Source of the DNA: Eledone cirrhosa | Lineage: Eukaryota | Direction: 5' to 3' | DNA length: 64,000 bases | Assembly (NCBI GenBank): GCA_964016885.1 | Contig: OZ024742.1 | Location: forward strand, 73,656,001-73,720,000 | Shown here: positions 42,680-56,404 of the stretch, piece by piece | Position numbering within the stretch: the first letter of the stretch is position 1 | How the letters are laid out: the number at the start of each line of letters is the position of its first letter | The notes under the pieces: model-generated | The model's database searches: none | The model's input: the letters and a program-made list of their open reading frames with translations, nothing else | What the model was told of the DNA's origin: nothing | Position numbers and translations under genes: made by a program

Positions 42680-43237
42680 ATATATATATATGTATATATA
42701 TATATGTATATATGTATATATATATGTGTATATGTATATATGTATATATATATGTGTATATGTATATATGTATATATATATGTATATATGTATATATGTG
42801 TATATGTATATATATGTATATATATATATGTATATATGTATATATATATATATGTGTATATGTATATATATATATATGTGTATATGTATATATGTATATA
42901 TGTATGTATATATATGTATATATATATATATGTGTATATGTATATATGTATGTATATATATGTATATATATATATGTGTGTATATGTATATATGTATATA
43001 TGTATGTATATATATGTATATGTTTATGTGTGTATGTATATATGCGTATATGTATGTATATATGCGTATATGTATATATATGTGTATGTGTATATATATT
43101 TATGTGTGTGTGTGTATATATATATATATATGCATGCATGTATATATATATATAAATGTATATATATGTGCGTGTGTATATATATGTGTATATATATATA
43201 CATACACACACATATATATATATATATATAGTATATA
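42297..43237 (+). repeat. 0.94-kb compound (TA)n/(TATATG)n microsatellite
   Basis: Direct observation. Confidence 0.98.
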
Positions 43238-46200
43238 GTTATGGCTCAAAACTGAAATATAAGTTAATCTGGAGACCCCATTAACTATTGCTGTTCAATT
43301 AGACTTGCTTCTCAAAACTATTACCTTTTTTTTTCATTATTATTATTATCATTATTATTATAATTATTATTTACCTCTATATGGGTTGTGACATTCCAAA
43401 ATATTTATTTTAGATAATTCCTTGCCATTCTTCCTAAACAGCTACTATTTGCTCTATTACAGGTGTTTCTTGAAATGGTTCATCAGTAAGGATTCACAAA
43501 ACATCTCAGTTTCATTAGATTTACAAATATAAATATAAAAAAACTAAAAAAAAAACCAATAAAAATTAAAAAAAAAACAACAGCAAATTTTTCTACCTTT
43601 TCCAATTGTCTTACAACTGTTGGATGTAGCTAATTGAATGCAGGGGTGACTGACAGCATGTCTTTGATGAAGCAAATGATTTTCACTGAAATTTCATTAT
43701 CTGTTTTGAAGAAATAGTTTCATATGACTGGTTTGGTAATTCTCATGTTTGGTAAGCACTGTTCAGCTTTGTTGTAGCATTGAAAGCTACAATGATTTTA
43801 TCATCTTTTCATCTGCTTCAAATTAATATCTCTTAACATCTCATTTTAATAACATTTCCATATTCCTCTAAACTTTCTTTTGCCATTTCATAACTGCAGT
43901 GACCTATCACAGTAGCCATTCAAAGAACATAATATTCTAGCTGTCTTTTCCATTGACTGTAACAGCTGCTGTCTTGATGTTTCAGCTTGACTCGGTTATC
44001 ATTTTAGTTGCCTTAGAATTTGTTACTATTGCATGATGAAGTAGCAAAGACGGTTGACTTATATAAGTTTCTGTTAAATCTCTAGTGACATACCTGTCGT
44101 CTTTCTAGTTGATGGTTATAGTTATGTTTGATCTCTTTAGATGAATGGCAAGATGGTTTAGTTTGTGAATTAATTCCCATTCACATTGAAATATTGATCA
44201 TATTGTCTCATGGGAAGAGTTATTTTCAACTATACAACTAATGGATTGTTATCACCCGAGACATTCCCCACAAACTATTCTCTGAAGACATTTATCACTC
44301 TTTTACTTTCTTCTTGCTTTAAATGGAATAAGAACGTTTTTATCTGGACAATTATGTGTGGATTAATTTATCAGTTGTGGACAGTTTCCATTAAGTTTTT
44401 CACTGAGTCATTTTGTTTGTTGTAGCAAGAGTTTAGTAGGTTTTTATTTAGTTTTATCTTCATGTCAAAGAGTAAATTGTATGAAGTTTTGTTAGGGTGT
44501 GGAAGTTATGGATCAATTCACATACACTGTCTACCTCTGTAGAGATGCTTCAGATTCCAAATAACTCCTTGCTTGCTGATTGCTATTTCTATAGTATGGC
44601 TTATTGATTTTCTTTACATAGTGTCCCCTTCTCCTCTCCCTGGTAATCGATATTTTTTTATACCCAGCAGTTAAATAAAAGTTTTTCAATTTTTGTCTTA
44701 AGTTCAGATTTTGAAAAACTGTTATTCATCATATCTCCTTCTCTTTACTTTCTCTATAAATACTAATATTCTAAGAAGTGTTGAGAGTTGAACACTTTAG
44801 TTCTGACTCTTGTCTTTTACAGAAAGCTAAATGGAAGTTTATTTAAATCATTACCTGGCTGGAACACTGTATATTTAACTTTCAAGCACCATACTTTGTT
44901 ATAGCACTAATTCGCCCCACCACTGCTCATTTCCATGGATGTCTCCCAATAGGTAGCACTGTTTCAGCATGTCGTTAGACAGCATCACTCATTTAATTGG
45001 AAGCCAACTGATCTGTCAGACCGACTCCACTTTGTATTTTTGTGCCCTTCACTCCCTGCCCTCACCCTTAAAATGACCTGTTGCTAAAACAAGCTTTGTA
45101 CATCGCAAATCTCCTATTTCTCTAACTTCAATGACAAACTATATATTGAGGGTCTCAACAGTGTTTTCAGAGAAAAAGAAACTTATTAATAATGAAAGTG
45201 AGAGAGAATGCATCTTTTGTGTGGGTCCCTTGAATGTGTGGGTCCCAGAATCCTGAGAACAATCGAAACATTCAAGGCAATATTGTATCATATGATCTGT
45301 AGTCATTTTGTATCCATCTTCACATGTTGGAGCGGTCTCATCAAATAACTTATTGTCCACATTGTGTAGAGATGATGCCGTCAGTTTTTAGTTTCCAATT
45401 TGAAATGTATGTTCTATATTGTATAAGACTCATGTAGACATATGAAGGGTAATAAAGCGGCAGTGAGACCTTTGGAATTCAAAATTGTTCATGCATTCTG
45501 TTTTTATTTTAAGGGGGATCATTTGAAATCTATCTCGATTTCTAGTCAATGCTGTGCTGATGATGTACTCTGCATTCATTATACCATTTTGAAACCTTAC
45601 TTAGATCTTCATTATTAACCGTTTTTAACAGCATTAAATGATTAAATTGTAATAATTAGTGCCGTTTTCTTGCCAAATTTCTTACCATCAGTATATGGTC
45701 TTTTGAAACTGAGATAGATTTTTAAAACTAGATCACCCTTTCATTGGGGTACACTACATTGGATCAGTTTTGGATAGTTTTCTAGTGTAAACAGCTAAAT
45801 TTAATCACATTTTACCACTCTAATGATTAAACTAACATCAGCAATGCTGTGTATCTGTGTATGTGTACGCACACATATGTACACTTTCTGTTGATATAGC
45901 TCCATTAAATTATATACTCCATGGCTGATCATTTTATTCAGTAAGATATTAATATTTTTATATTTAATTACTACTTAAAATAATCTGTTTGTTGCTCCAT
46001 AGTAATAATCTGTCCCAGTTTTTGGTAGTATATACAACAAAACTGAACCACTGTGGTGATATTGCCCCCCACTTTTGTGAATACCATTGATTTCTGTTGG
46101 GCTATGGTGAGATAATGCATTTCATTGGCAGTGTGTGTATGTATGTATATATCTAGATATATACTGTCTATATAAACAGATATCTAGATAATGATATATA

Positions 46201-46733
46201 CATTATACACATACATACATACATAAATACATACATACATACACATACACACACACACACACATGTATATAGAAAGATTATGAATATATATGTATGTATA
46301 AATATATGCAATACTGATATACGTATATACATATATATATTATATATATGTGTGTGTGTGTATATATATGTATGTACATATATATGTGTATATGTATGTG
46401 TGTGTGTGTGTGTGTGTGTGTACATATATCTAAGTAAGCTGAAATTTGCTGTTTAAGGCTGCGTTATTTCCACACATATATTGTAAGTGAAAAGTTTAAT
46501 ATATTTTACTTCCGTTTTCATGACTTCTTCAATGGTGCCACTTTTCAAACAGGTAGCATGTCTGGACAACAACTGGACTTGTACACATGGTAAATGTCTC
46601 AATGTCACTGTATAGCATATCACTTTTGCTACAAGCTCTTAATTATTCGTCAAAATCAATTTGCTATTTGCTTAAGTTAGGAGGAAATTTGGCAGCTTCA
46701 AACCTGAACATAACAATAACTTAGTGTGTGTGC

Positions 46734-46803
<70 letters not shown>

Positions 46804-46927
46804 TTATATATCATTACACCAATTACTTTTCTTTTGTTGATGTCTCCACTACAATCGACTGGCTGTCTCCTTCAGATCAAACGCTACCACAGATGGTGTA
46901 TATGATGCTATATATTATATGTATGCC

Positions 46928-46962
<35 letters not shown>

Positions 46963-48869
46963 AACACACACCTACACATACATACATACACAAAATAATG
47001 GAGGGTACTTTTTTCTACAAGTTATATTAATAATAATTATAATAATAATGATAATGATATTAATAACAGTAGTAATATAGAATTGTGCATCAATTGTCTT
47101 CTCAATGAAGAATTTAGATAATGAAAATAATGTTTTATGTAGTATAGAGCAACTCGACATCATGTCCACCCCTTGGACATTGGAAGAATTAACCCCTGTA
47201 GAACCGTTAATGTTAAGATGAGATCATATTTGATTAGACATGACTTCTGAGGAATATATTAGTTAATTTAGGTTTTAAGAAATCTTTCATTTAAAAGAGC
47301 TAACCAGGTGAGTATATTAAGTTTCTACACTGGGATAGATATAATAATATTTTATCACTGAACACTGTTCGAATTTCTACCAATTTATTTTTTATTTAAA
47401 AAAAAAAAAATAATGATAATTTCTTAATTAATTTAGACAAAATTTGCAATAAATATTGAACCAATTTTTTTTTTTAGTCATTTATTATTCAAATTTGAGC
47501 AGCAAAATATTCTGTTTTTACTTTTAATATCTATATTTGTCTCCAGTTTCTCTTTGACATCCATTTGATTAACCTGTAATTTTAAAACAAAGGGGAATTA
47601 ACCAAGTTGATTGCTATAGTTAATAAACTTAGTAATTTCTTCTGATTTACTCAGTAGAGCAATGCCAGCAAACGTCAGGCAAGCTTTATGAACAACAGGA
47701 AAAAGTTCAATCCCTTTACAGTTGTTAAAAGATAAAATATCTTATACCATTATTATTTAGTTCATTAAAGAATTTATAAAGTTAATAATAATCGTTTCTT
47801 TATTTACCACAAAGACTTTAAATAATTTCTTTAAAAATTGCAGTAGATGTATGTTCCATTGCTTACTGCTGATAGTGGCTCATTTAGTTAATTATAGTGA
47901 TATAAAAAAAAAAAATTTTTAAAGAATTCATTTGGGATAATGCTATAAATATAGTTAATACTGTTTATTCAAAGAGTAGAGTTGGGTGCTTCTGGGTTAC
48001 AAAAGAAAGTCACCTAAGGCTTTAAGCCTAATTATGAATTATTTATTTGAAGTAATTAGCACTTAATGCCTAAATATAAGAAACTAGTGTATTATTTCTG
48101 CTAGTATTCTATTTATATTCTTAAATCCATTTTCTGAAAACAGATAGTTAAGATTATATATATATATAAGTATGAAAATACACATTTTTGTCAAAGGAGC
48201 TCACATTAATTTTAATGATCAACTATTATTTTTACGGACTAAATCATTGAAACATTTTCCTTTTTACCAAATTTTTAAACATTTTATTATTTGCTTTAGT
48301 AATGCTTTTACATTCCTTAGCAAAACCATCTCCTAAAAGCATTGAAATATTAAGTAATTGTTAAGTTAATATTTTCAATCTAAATTCAGTGAACCAGTTC
48401 TATGATTTAAACTATGTGTAAATCATGTCTCTCCACTTATATTATTTCTACCACAGTCTTCCTGTTAAAATATTTCTTATTCTTATTAAGTCAGTAAAGC
48501 TAGTTATAAACTCTTACATTAAGAGATTTTAAGTGTTTCTGAAATATCTATATAACTATCTAAATCATGTTAAAATTTAATCAGCAATGAATCTTTCAGT
48601 AAATCTTTGAAGCACTTTTTATGTTTCTATCTTGACCCTTTTTTTACCTGACTCTTCTATTTCAAGCTAATATATTCATGCAATCTTCAGGTAAGTACTT
48701 TTTTTTTTTACTCTCCCCTCAAAAATTTGATCACACTCACAACCTTTTTTAAATCCTTTCCTTTTCATTATAAAATTTATCTCGAATTTCTATGATTAAA
48801 TATGCCAATCTCAATATTGTCTAATTTATTCCACTGTGTTAGCCAATTTGAAAAGATAAACACACGTAC

Positions 48870-48872
<3 letters not shown>

Positions 48873-48942
<70 letters not shown>

Positions 48943-49222
48943 TGTGTGTGTGTGTGTGTGATGATGTATATATGTATATGAATGTATGTATGTATATGTG
49001 TATATATGTGTGTGTGTATGTATGTGTATATATATATGTATATATATATATACACACATCTATATGTATATATATACACATATACATATATATATATATA
49101 TCTATATGTATATACACACACATATATATACACACATATATATATACATACATACCCATATATACATTATATATATATACATATACACATACATATATAT
49201 ATCATACACACATGTACACATA
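48873..49222. repeat. Compound (TA)/(TG)/(CA) microsatellite
   Basis: Direct observation. Confidence 0.9.
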
Positions 49223-51611
49223 TTTTGGAAGTTTGGTATATTTTCCTAGAATAACAGTTTGATCAGTGCCAATAATTCATTATTTTTAAAGGAATCTTAT
49301 ATTTATAATAATATTTTTTTTTCAAATTACTTTTGTTATTTTTACTTCTGTGTTAAGCATTCTCTTCCAGATTATAGATAATCCCTCATTAGTGTAATTA
49401 CCCGACTCTAGGCTGACCAGTAGCTCTGTTTATCTGTTTACCTCACCTTTTCTTTCCATTTCTTCCTTCTAGGAGGGGGCTATATTCCTGAAAGGCTATC
49501 AGTCTAACACCATTCACTCTACTATAGTTTTGTCTTGTATCCTGTCTTTTATAAAACTTATTCAATAAATTTAACAATAAATAGTTTTGCATTCATTTTA
49601 AATTACTGATTAGTAGGTGATTTTTAACTCTGACTCTACTATTTCTGTCTTGTTGAATTACTGTAAATAATAATTGCAGATGAGACTGGGCTTTTATTGG
49701 CAGTGTTAAAACTAAAGAACCCTCATAAAATGTCAGGTATGAATTCCTGTGTAAAAATTGAACCTATTCATAGTCCCTACAACTGCTCAAGTAACTTCAC
49801 ACCTTGATTAGAAGACATCATATAACTGAATATTTAATAATCTGATTATAGGTCGAATAACTAAGTAGTTTTAATTAAATCATCAAATCTAACAACACAG
49901 ACTTCATTCAGAGAGACAAGAATCTTTGATTCTAGAATTTATATATAGATATGGCAAGGTGACTCATTACTTGACTAACATTTTCAAATATACAACCACA
50001 GCAGGTTCATTAATGGGCCGGTTCCTATTTTGGTGTATGTCAGTATTTTTCTTTCCCTTTCTGGTATATCCTTGTCCTCCAACTTTATTTATGTAAGCTC
50101 AGACCATGATTTTCTTATGCATATATTATTTCTATGTTAGGTAACTGTCACATGTAGCAGTATGGCTCTGTTTCAAGCTATTTTAGGTTACTGTCACATG
50201 TAACAATGTGGCTATGTTAAAAGCTATTGATTGAATTGTTAGCTGCTGTTTCTACACTATACTTTAGTAGACAGCTAGAGAAATTATATTTTTTATAAAA
50301 TATCATATCATATCATATTGTATCTTTTTACCCTGAACTACTGCCTCACCATTATATGTTTTATATTGATTTCAAACAATGAAGTATTGTTTCAATATAT
50401 TCTATTAGATTTAATTTAATGGTGTCCTGATGCTGACAGCCTGACAATGTTACAGCTAAACACTCCTCTCTGCTTACTTTAACTGGTTTATACAATATTT
50501 TATGCAGTTTATAGATTATCACTCGTGCACTTCACTTATCCTGAACTATTATGGGTTAGCTGATAGCTATGGTAGCCTCTTATCATCTGACCATTTATAA
50601 AGACATGCTAGTGTTTCATATTCTACCCGGTGCTCCACTACTGCTGCATTCTATCTATATCATTTTAGTGATAGGATATTTAACCATCTATTCTCTATCA
50701 CTATATTGTATATACTCAACACACTATACATGTTGTTTAACAGAGACATTGCTTCATAGTGACATTAGTATATGTTATGTGGAGTGTGATCTAGCTGTAA
50801 TGCAAGGATCAGTTAGTGAGTGGAGTGACATGAAGAAGATGGATTGCTTCAGTATCAACATGTATTGCTAATAATTATTATGTAAGGCAATTTGAAAGTA
50901 AGTGCTAAAATAATAGGACAAGCTTATAGAACATGATGCAAGAGGCCATAATTCAAGGAGGTTATATACAAAATTATATATTTATTTATAAACACACAGA
51001 AATAGCAAATGGGAGGAAGCTGTGGCAGAGAAAACTCTTGTGACCCATGCATGCATGGAAAGACATCTTTATTTGGTCTGTTTATTTATGTAAAAAGGTG
51101 ATAATGGTGTAAGTGTGTGTGTACAGATAATGTTAGCTTACAGTTTTATCGGTATATAATAACATATGCATGTAGTGATGTAATCCAGCCGTGGAGATCT
51201 TGCCAAACAAAGGATTGGGAGGACCTTCAGTTGTGTCAAAGGCATGACAATCTCTCCCGAGCATTCAATGGAATGTGGGATTGTACATAAGTGAGACACA
51301 GGTCTCTCACCTGCCTGGGAGATCAGTGGCTCCACTTCAGACTGACTTGGTCAATATGGGCCCGTCTAACCCTTGCTAGCAGGGAAAGTAAATGTTAAAA
51401 CGACAATGATGATATATATTTAGTTAGAGTTTGTTGTAGAACTAACTCCATACTGACTCGTCCTTTGGACCGAGTGCTCTACCAACTTCGGTCATAACCT
51501 CCCGGCTTTTTACCACTATATATACATACACACACACACACACATGTGTATGTATATGTATATGCATATAAATGTTTGCATGCCTATATAAGTATATATA
51601 CAAACATAGTG

Positions 51612-51935
51612 TAGACATGTGGCTTAGGGATTAGAGAGTTAGCCTGGACAATGTGTTGTGTCCTTGAGCAAGGCACTTTATTTCACATTTCTCCGGTTCA
51701 CTCAGCTGTAGAAATGAATTGTGATGTAACTGATGCCAAGTTGTATCAGCTTTTGCCTTTCTTTGGGACAAAATCAGTGGTATGGAGAGAGGAGACTGGT
51801 ATGCATGGGTGTCTGCTGACTGCTGGCCTTCCACAAAAACAACTTGTCACCTTGCTCTGGTTTGTGCTTCGGAGAGGAACATTTTATGTGCAAAACTCAT
51901 TGTCATTCATGACCAAAGGGGGTCTTTACCCTGCA
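51612..51935 (+). mobile_element. tRNA/CORE-like SINE (third tail type), internally deleted head
   Basis: tggcttagggattagag, tgtgtccttgagcaaggcactttatttcac, tail gccaagttgtatcagcttttgcctttc...atgaccaaagggggtctttaccc. Confidence 0.8.
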
Positions 51936-52290
51936 TATACAAACACATATATATACAAAGATCTCCAATTAACCTTCCTTGTCTAACTATGCTAGCATGG
52001 AAAGTAGGGCACTGCACAAAATACAGCCAGGCCTGTGATTCTCTTTGAGGCCATCTCTGGGCTAAGTAGCTTTCTTGCACCCACATCTCACACCCCACTC
52101 ATATTGCCGCCTCTCCAGCCTGACCAAGGACGCAGTGAGCTCCCTAGTATTTTAATAAGGTTTTGTTGGTGCAATAATCAATAGTTCCCAGTACACACAG
52201 TAATTCAAGCGGCAAGAGTATAAAAGTATAGTTAGGTCTATACTGTGTAATAGGCAATTATAGAAAATACATTACAACTGTAAGTGTTAT

Positions 52291-52504
52291 GTTTAAACCG
52301 GATGTATCTGTCCAGCAGAATTCTCTCACCTCCTCACCACCGGCCGTAACTGGCCACTCATACTGATGTTAAGGTATTGTTCTCAAAATAAATAATATCA
52401 AAATCTCATAGATTCCATATTATGTGAAGTAATTATGTAAGATAAAGCTTTTACTGCGAAAATACAATAGTATATATAGAGTAATGGAAATGCTAAAGAG
52501 TTAA
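52291..52504 (+). mobile_element. TTAA MITE family B copy
   Basis: tttaaaccgg...aaggtattgttctcaaaataaataatatcaaaatctcatagatt...aatgctaaagagttaa; reverse complement of 9520-9730. Confidence 0.75.
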
Positions 52505-52623
52505 TTAGATAATTAAGCATTCATTAGATATCACATGATGGTCAAGTTAGAATGTTGAGTTTATTAAATTGCAGGGCCTGGAAAAATGAATGTGGAGACA
52601 ATAACAAGAATGGTGTGTGGATG

Positions 52624-52655
<32 letters not shown>

Positions 52656-53550
52656 AACAAACATCATCCTTTTTGTGTCTGCATTTCTATGATGACATGG
52701 TTTGTACAGGAATTTTTGTGACATTGTTTTACAGACTTAGACTGATGCCCTTCCAGTTGCTAATAGTTTTTGTTGATTCTTACAGCATGTAGTGATGTAA
52801 TGTATCTATTTGTGTGTGTGTATGTTTGTGCAGAAGTTGACCAGGTATAATTTCATATATTAGGGCTGGCAATGAAGTTGATAATTATTTTAAGTTTGTG
52901 TGCGTGCATGGTTTTCTGTGTTGGCAGAATCTACATGTTAAGTGGTGTAGTAAGAATATTTCTGTGATGTTTGGATATATTTCATCAGGCCTGAGCCTGT
53001 TGAATGTGTCAGCTAGAGGAATTCTTTCAGTGATCATTTTGATTTGTTTTACTGCCAATGTGATCTTATCTTGATACTATTTTAACTGTTCGACAGTGTT
53101 GGTGTGAAGAGTTGATTGCATTAATGCAGAATTTCTATCATGGTATATTTGTTATAAGAATGTGTATTCTATCCATCCACTACTGAATGAAGTCTCATCA
53201 ACTATGCTAATATAATAATATACTGTATGTGTATCTATGTGTGTGTATATATATACACACACACATATGGTGTATTATAAGAATGTGATATTTTCAGTGC
53301 ATTTTAATATATCTAGTAAATGTGCAGTGTTTTTAGTATAACTGTTATGTCGTCTATTATTTTGTCTTGTATTTCAGCTGTAAGGTATTTATTGGTGTCT
53401 AACATAATGCCTGTTGTTAGTGTGAAACTGGTAGGAGTTATTGTTATGGTGTTGTCTGTGTGGGAGTGATTGTTGTGTTGTCTGTAGGAATTGATGTCAG
53501 TTCTGAATTTTTGGTGTTTTTTTTTAATCTTTAGCAGTTATGGGTTATTG

Positions 53551-54082
53551 AGTAGTCGCCACTTTGGCAGGGTGGTAGAATCAGTGGTCGTTAGTTGCCA
53601 GTGTGGTAAGTGATAGTATCCTCGTTGGATTATCTTGTTGACATAGACGTGAGGGAAGGTCCCTCGATCTATTTACCATCTATTTACAATATTCCTTTCG
53701 TCAGGTCGCCAATTCCAGCAGCATGGATTAAAGATGTCATTGAGACACGAGTAACATAATAACGACTTCAACCGCAGTAATTAGAGATGAAATGTTTGTT
53801 TATTTATATGGTTGAAGTTACAGATAAAAAGAGGTTACAAAAGGGAATGTGCCATTGCGCCGTTAAGCCGGCGAGGCTAGGGGTGCAATATCTCACTGCT
53901 ACATTATGCGTGTTGCTGGCTCGAAGTTTCTGGTACAAGAGCGAGATTCTTCAAATCTTCGCGGGGAATTTCTTCCTCAGGGCGCGTAGGGATACATCCT
54001 CTTCTACTGGCGCTGATTGGCTGAACTGAGCCAAATCACGCACAGAGAATGTATGTGAGCCCGCGGAATGTAGGTCACTACA
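53551..54082 (-). mobile_element. Possible solo LTR or LTR-retrotransposon fragment
   Basis: CpG-rich island in an AT-rich background; ends (a)gtagtcgcc / ggtcactaca form short inverted termini; CCAAT (54016-54020) and AATAAA (53799-53804) on the minus strand; no clean TSD. Confidence 0.45.
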
Positions 54083-54337
54083 AATCCTTTCATTGGCATA
54101 TTTCTAATAAAAGACTGTCTATGATTTTCAAATCATTTTGAAAATAAAGAATTTGGAGGGATTTAGTAATATAACAAACTTTCTTGTTATTAAGATAGTG
54201 TTTGGAACATAACTTAACCAAGTTTCTTTGATAAAATTATGATGGAAGGTTTTGAGATAAATATAAACACTTCAAAATAAATAGCTTATTTTTGTAGATT
54301 GAGGGGGTTTCAGGAAGTTTGATATTGAAAGGGTTAA
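54083..54337. mobile_element. TTAA MITE family A copy, uninterrupted
   Basis: aatcctttcattggcatatttcta ... gatattgaaagggttaa. Confidence 0.75.
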
Positions 54338-54996
54338 ATGTTTTCTTATTACTATAGTTTATGATGGTTTATTAACATGATGTCTTGTAATGTTTTAACA
54401 ATGGATTATGTTCAATATTGTCACATAGTATTTAACATTGTCACATAATGTTTATTACTCTCATATGGTGATAATATTGACTGTCATCTGTTTAGCTTTA
54501 ATAGTTATGTATGTTTAGCTTTAATAGTTATGTAGTCTTTCATGTTGACTTTTGCAATTGCAATGCTGCTGCTAAGAAGTTTGGGTATAGAGCTCAGCTA
54601 AAATTGGACTATGACACCTGTAGCCACTTCAGTGCTATGGTTTATCATACAAAGGAAACCCAACGTTTTGTGTGTAGGGTCAAATTTGACTCACATCCTT
54701 TGCATGTCTTTTTGAAGCAGTGAATGTTTGTGATTTCAATATATCCATTGGTCAGTGAACAGCAATCTAAAGTCACTGGAACTCAATGTAACTATAACTA
54801 CTGATTGGCAATAATGTGTGTGTCTATCATGCTACAGAAATTTGTGTGGATAATATTTGTGTTGTAAAAGCTTGAATTTAATGATAGAAATATAAAGACC
54901 AACATTTTTTCTGAATCAATCAGTTTCTTTTACAAACTATAGGAATTGGCTTGTGTAGTGAATGGAGTGTATCATAGCATTATGTGGAAGCATAAA

Positions 54997-55218
54997 TTCA
55001 ACTTTCATTTATATATTTCTCATGAAAGACCCTGCTTATAATTTTGAAATCATTTTGAAAGTAATCATGGATTTTAAGAGATTTAGTAATATAACTAATT
55101 TTCCCAATATTAAGCTGGTATTTGGAGCATAACTTAAAGATTATTATATTAAAATTATATTAAAATTATGATAGAAGTTTTAGATAACATATAAAAACTT
55201 TGGTATTGAAAGGGTTAA
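54997..55218. mobile_element. TTAA MITE family A copy
   Basis: Homologous to 54083-54337; ends tggtattgaaagggttaa. Confidence 0.7.
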
Positions 55219-55497
55219 AAAATTTCTAGCTAGATGTTAGTTTATTTGACAAGGACTGATTTAACAGACTGTACCAGAGAACATTCTAGATTCTCAGAAC
55301 TGCATCTACAGTGGAAAAGGTGTCCAAGAAGACTGGTATTTAACTGCAGAAACGACTAACAGCTGGCCTACAATGATTTTGTACACCTCTCCAGGTTGTA
55401 TGCTACATTTTTGTCCCTCTTTTTCCACCTTTAGAAGAGAACACGAAACCTGCCATCCCACAGCTTAGCAACAACCTGTAGATTGTAACATTTTATG

Positions 55498-55542
<45 letters not shown>

Positions 55543-55636
55543 ATGTATATATATGTATGTGTATATATGTATATGTGTGTATGTATATATATATATATAT
55601 ATGAATGTGTGTATATATGTATGTATGTATGTATGC

Positions 55637-55671
<35 letters not shown>

Positions 55672-56019
55672 CACCCTCCTTTACATTGCTATTCATTGTT
55701 TTTTTTACCCCTGAGAACATGCGCACATACATAATATATATATATATGTATGTGTGTGTGTGTCTGTGTGTGTACAGCCACCCTCCCACACACATATACA
55801 TATATACACACAAGTGTGTGTGCTTGCACACGTACATCTATGTCTCCACAGCTTTACATTATCAGTGCAGTGAAGGTATTTAACCATTGCTGTATAGTTC
55901 ACTCTATAGCATCCTTGATGTTTTTACCATCCTATTTTTCATGATCCATTATATATATATATTGTTATTTTTTTTCTTTGTCGTAAATATGGGTTCTTTA
56001 AATGGTTAGAGTCCCACTG

Positions 56020-56045
56020 ACCAACACCACCACTACTAATCACTA

Positions 56046-56097
<52 letters not shown>

Positions 56098-56175
56098 AAA
56101 CACTGCCACCACTGCTACTACTACTAATACTACTGCTACTTTATCACCACCACCACCTCCACTACCACCACCATA
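56020..56175. repeat. (ACT)n/(ACC)n trinucleotide repeat
   Basis: Direct observation. Confidence 0.9.
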
Positions 56176-56363
56176 ACTGTTGCCTTCCCTCCCTGTCGCC
56201 CTTGAATTGCTTGAATGTGATGACCTTTTTTTGTTTCTTACTTTGAATCCTTTCCCAACATATAGTCAGATTTCTGAGTATATAATAAGATAATATATGT
56301 GTTTATATATATGTATATGTGTGTCTGTATGTATATATATGTATATCTGTGTGTGTGTGTGTA

Positions 56364-56404
<41 letters not shown>

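Noticed and set aside
42141-43238. ORFs of 235-365 aa
   Set aside because: Same microsatellite artefact
43463-43485. Possible 23-nt exon (ttacag|...catca|gtaagg)
   Set aside because: Modest pyrimidine tract and donor; introduces a stop after the phase-1 candidate exon; insufficient support
47298-47307. Strong donor cag|gtgagt with a possible tiny exon
   Set aside because: No convincing acceptor or pyrimidine tract upstream
49465-49500. Penelope-type minimal hammerhead-like motif (ctaggagggggctatattcctgaaa)
   Set aside because: The catalytic CUGANGA core is not intact and the flanking stems are not evident; at most a decayed remnant
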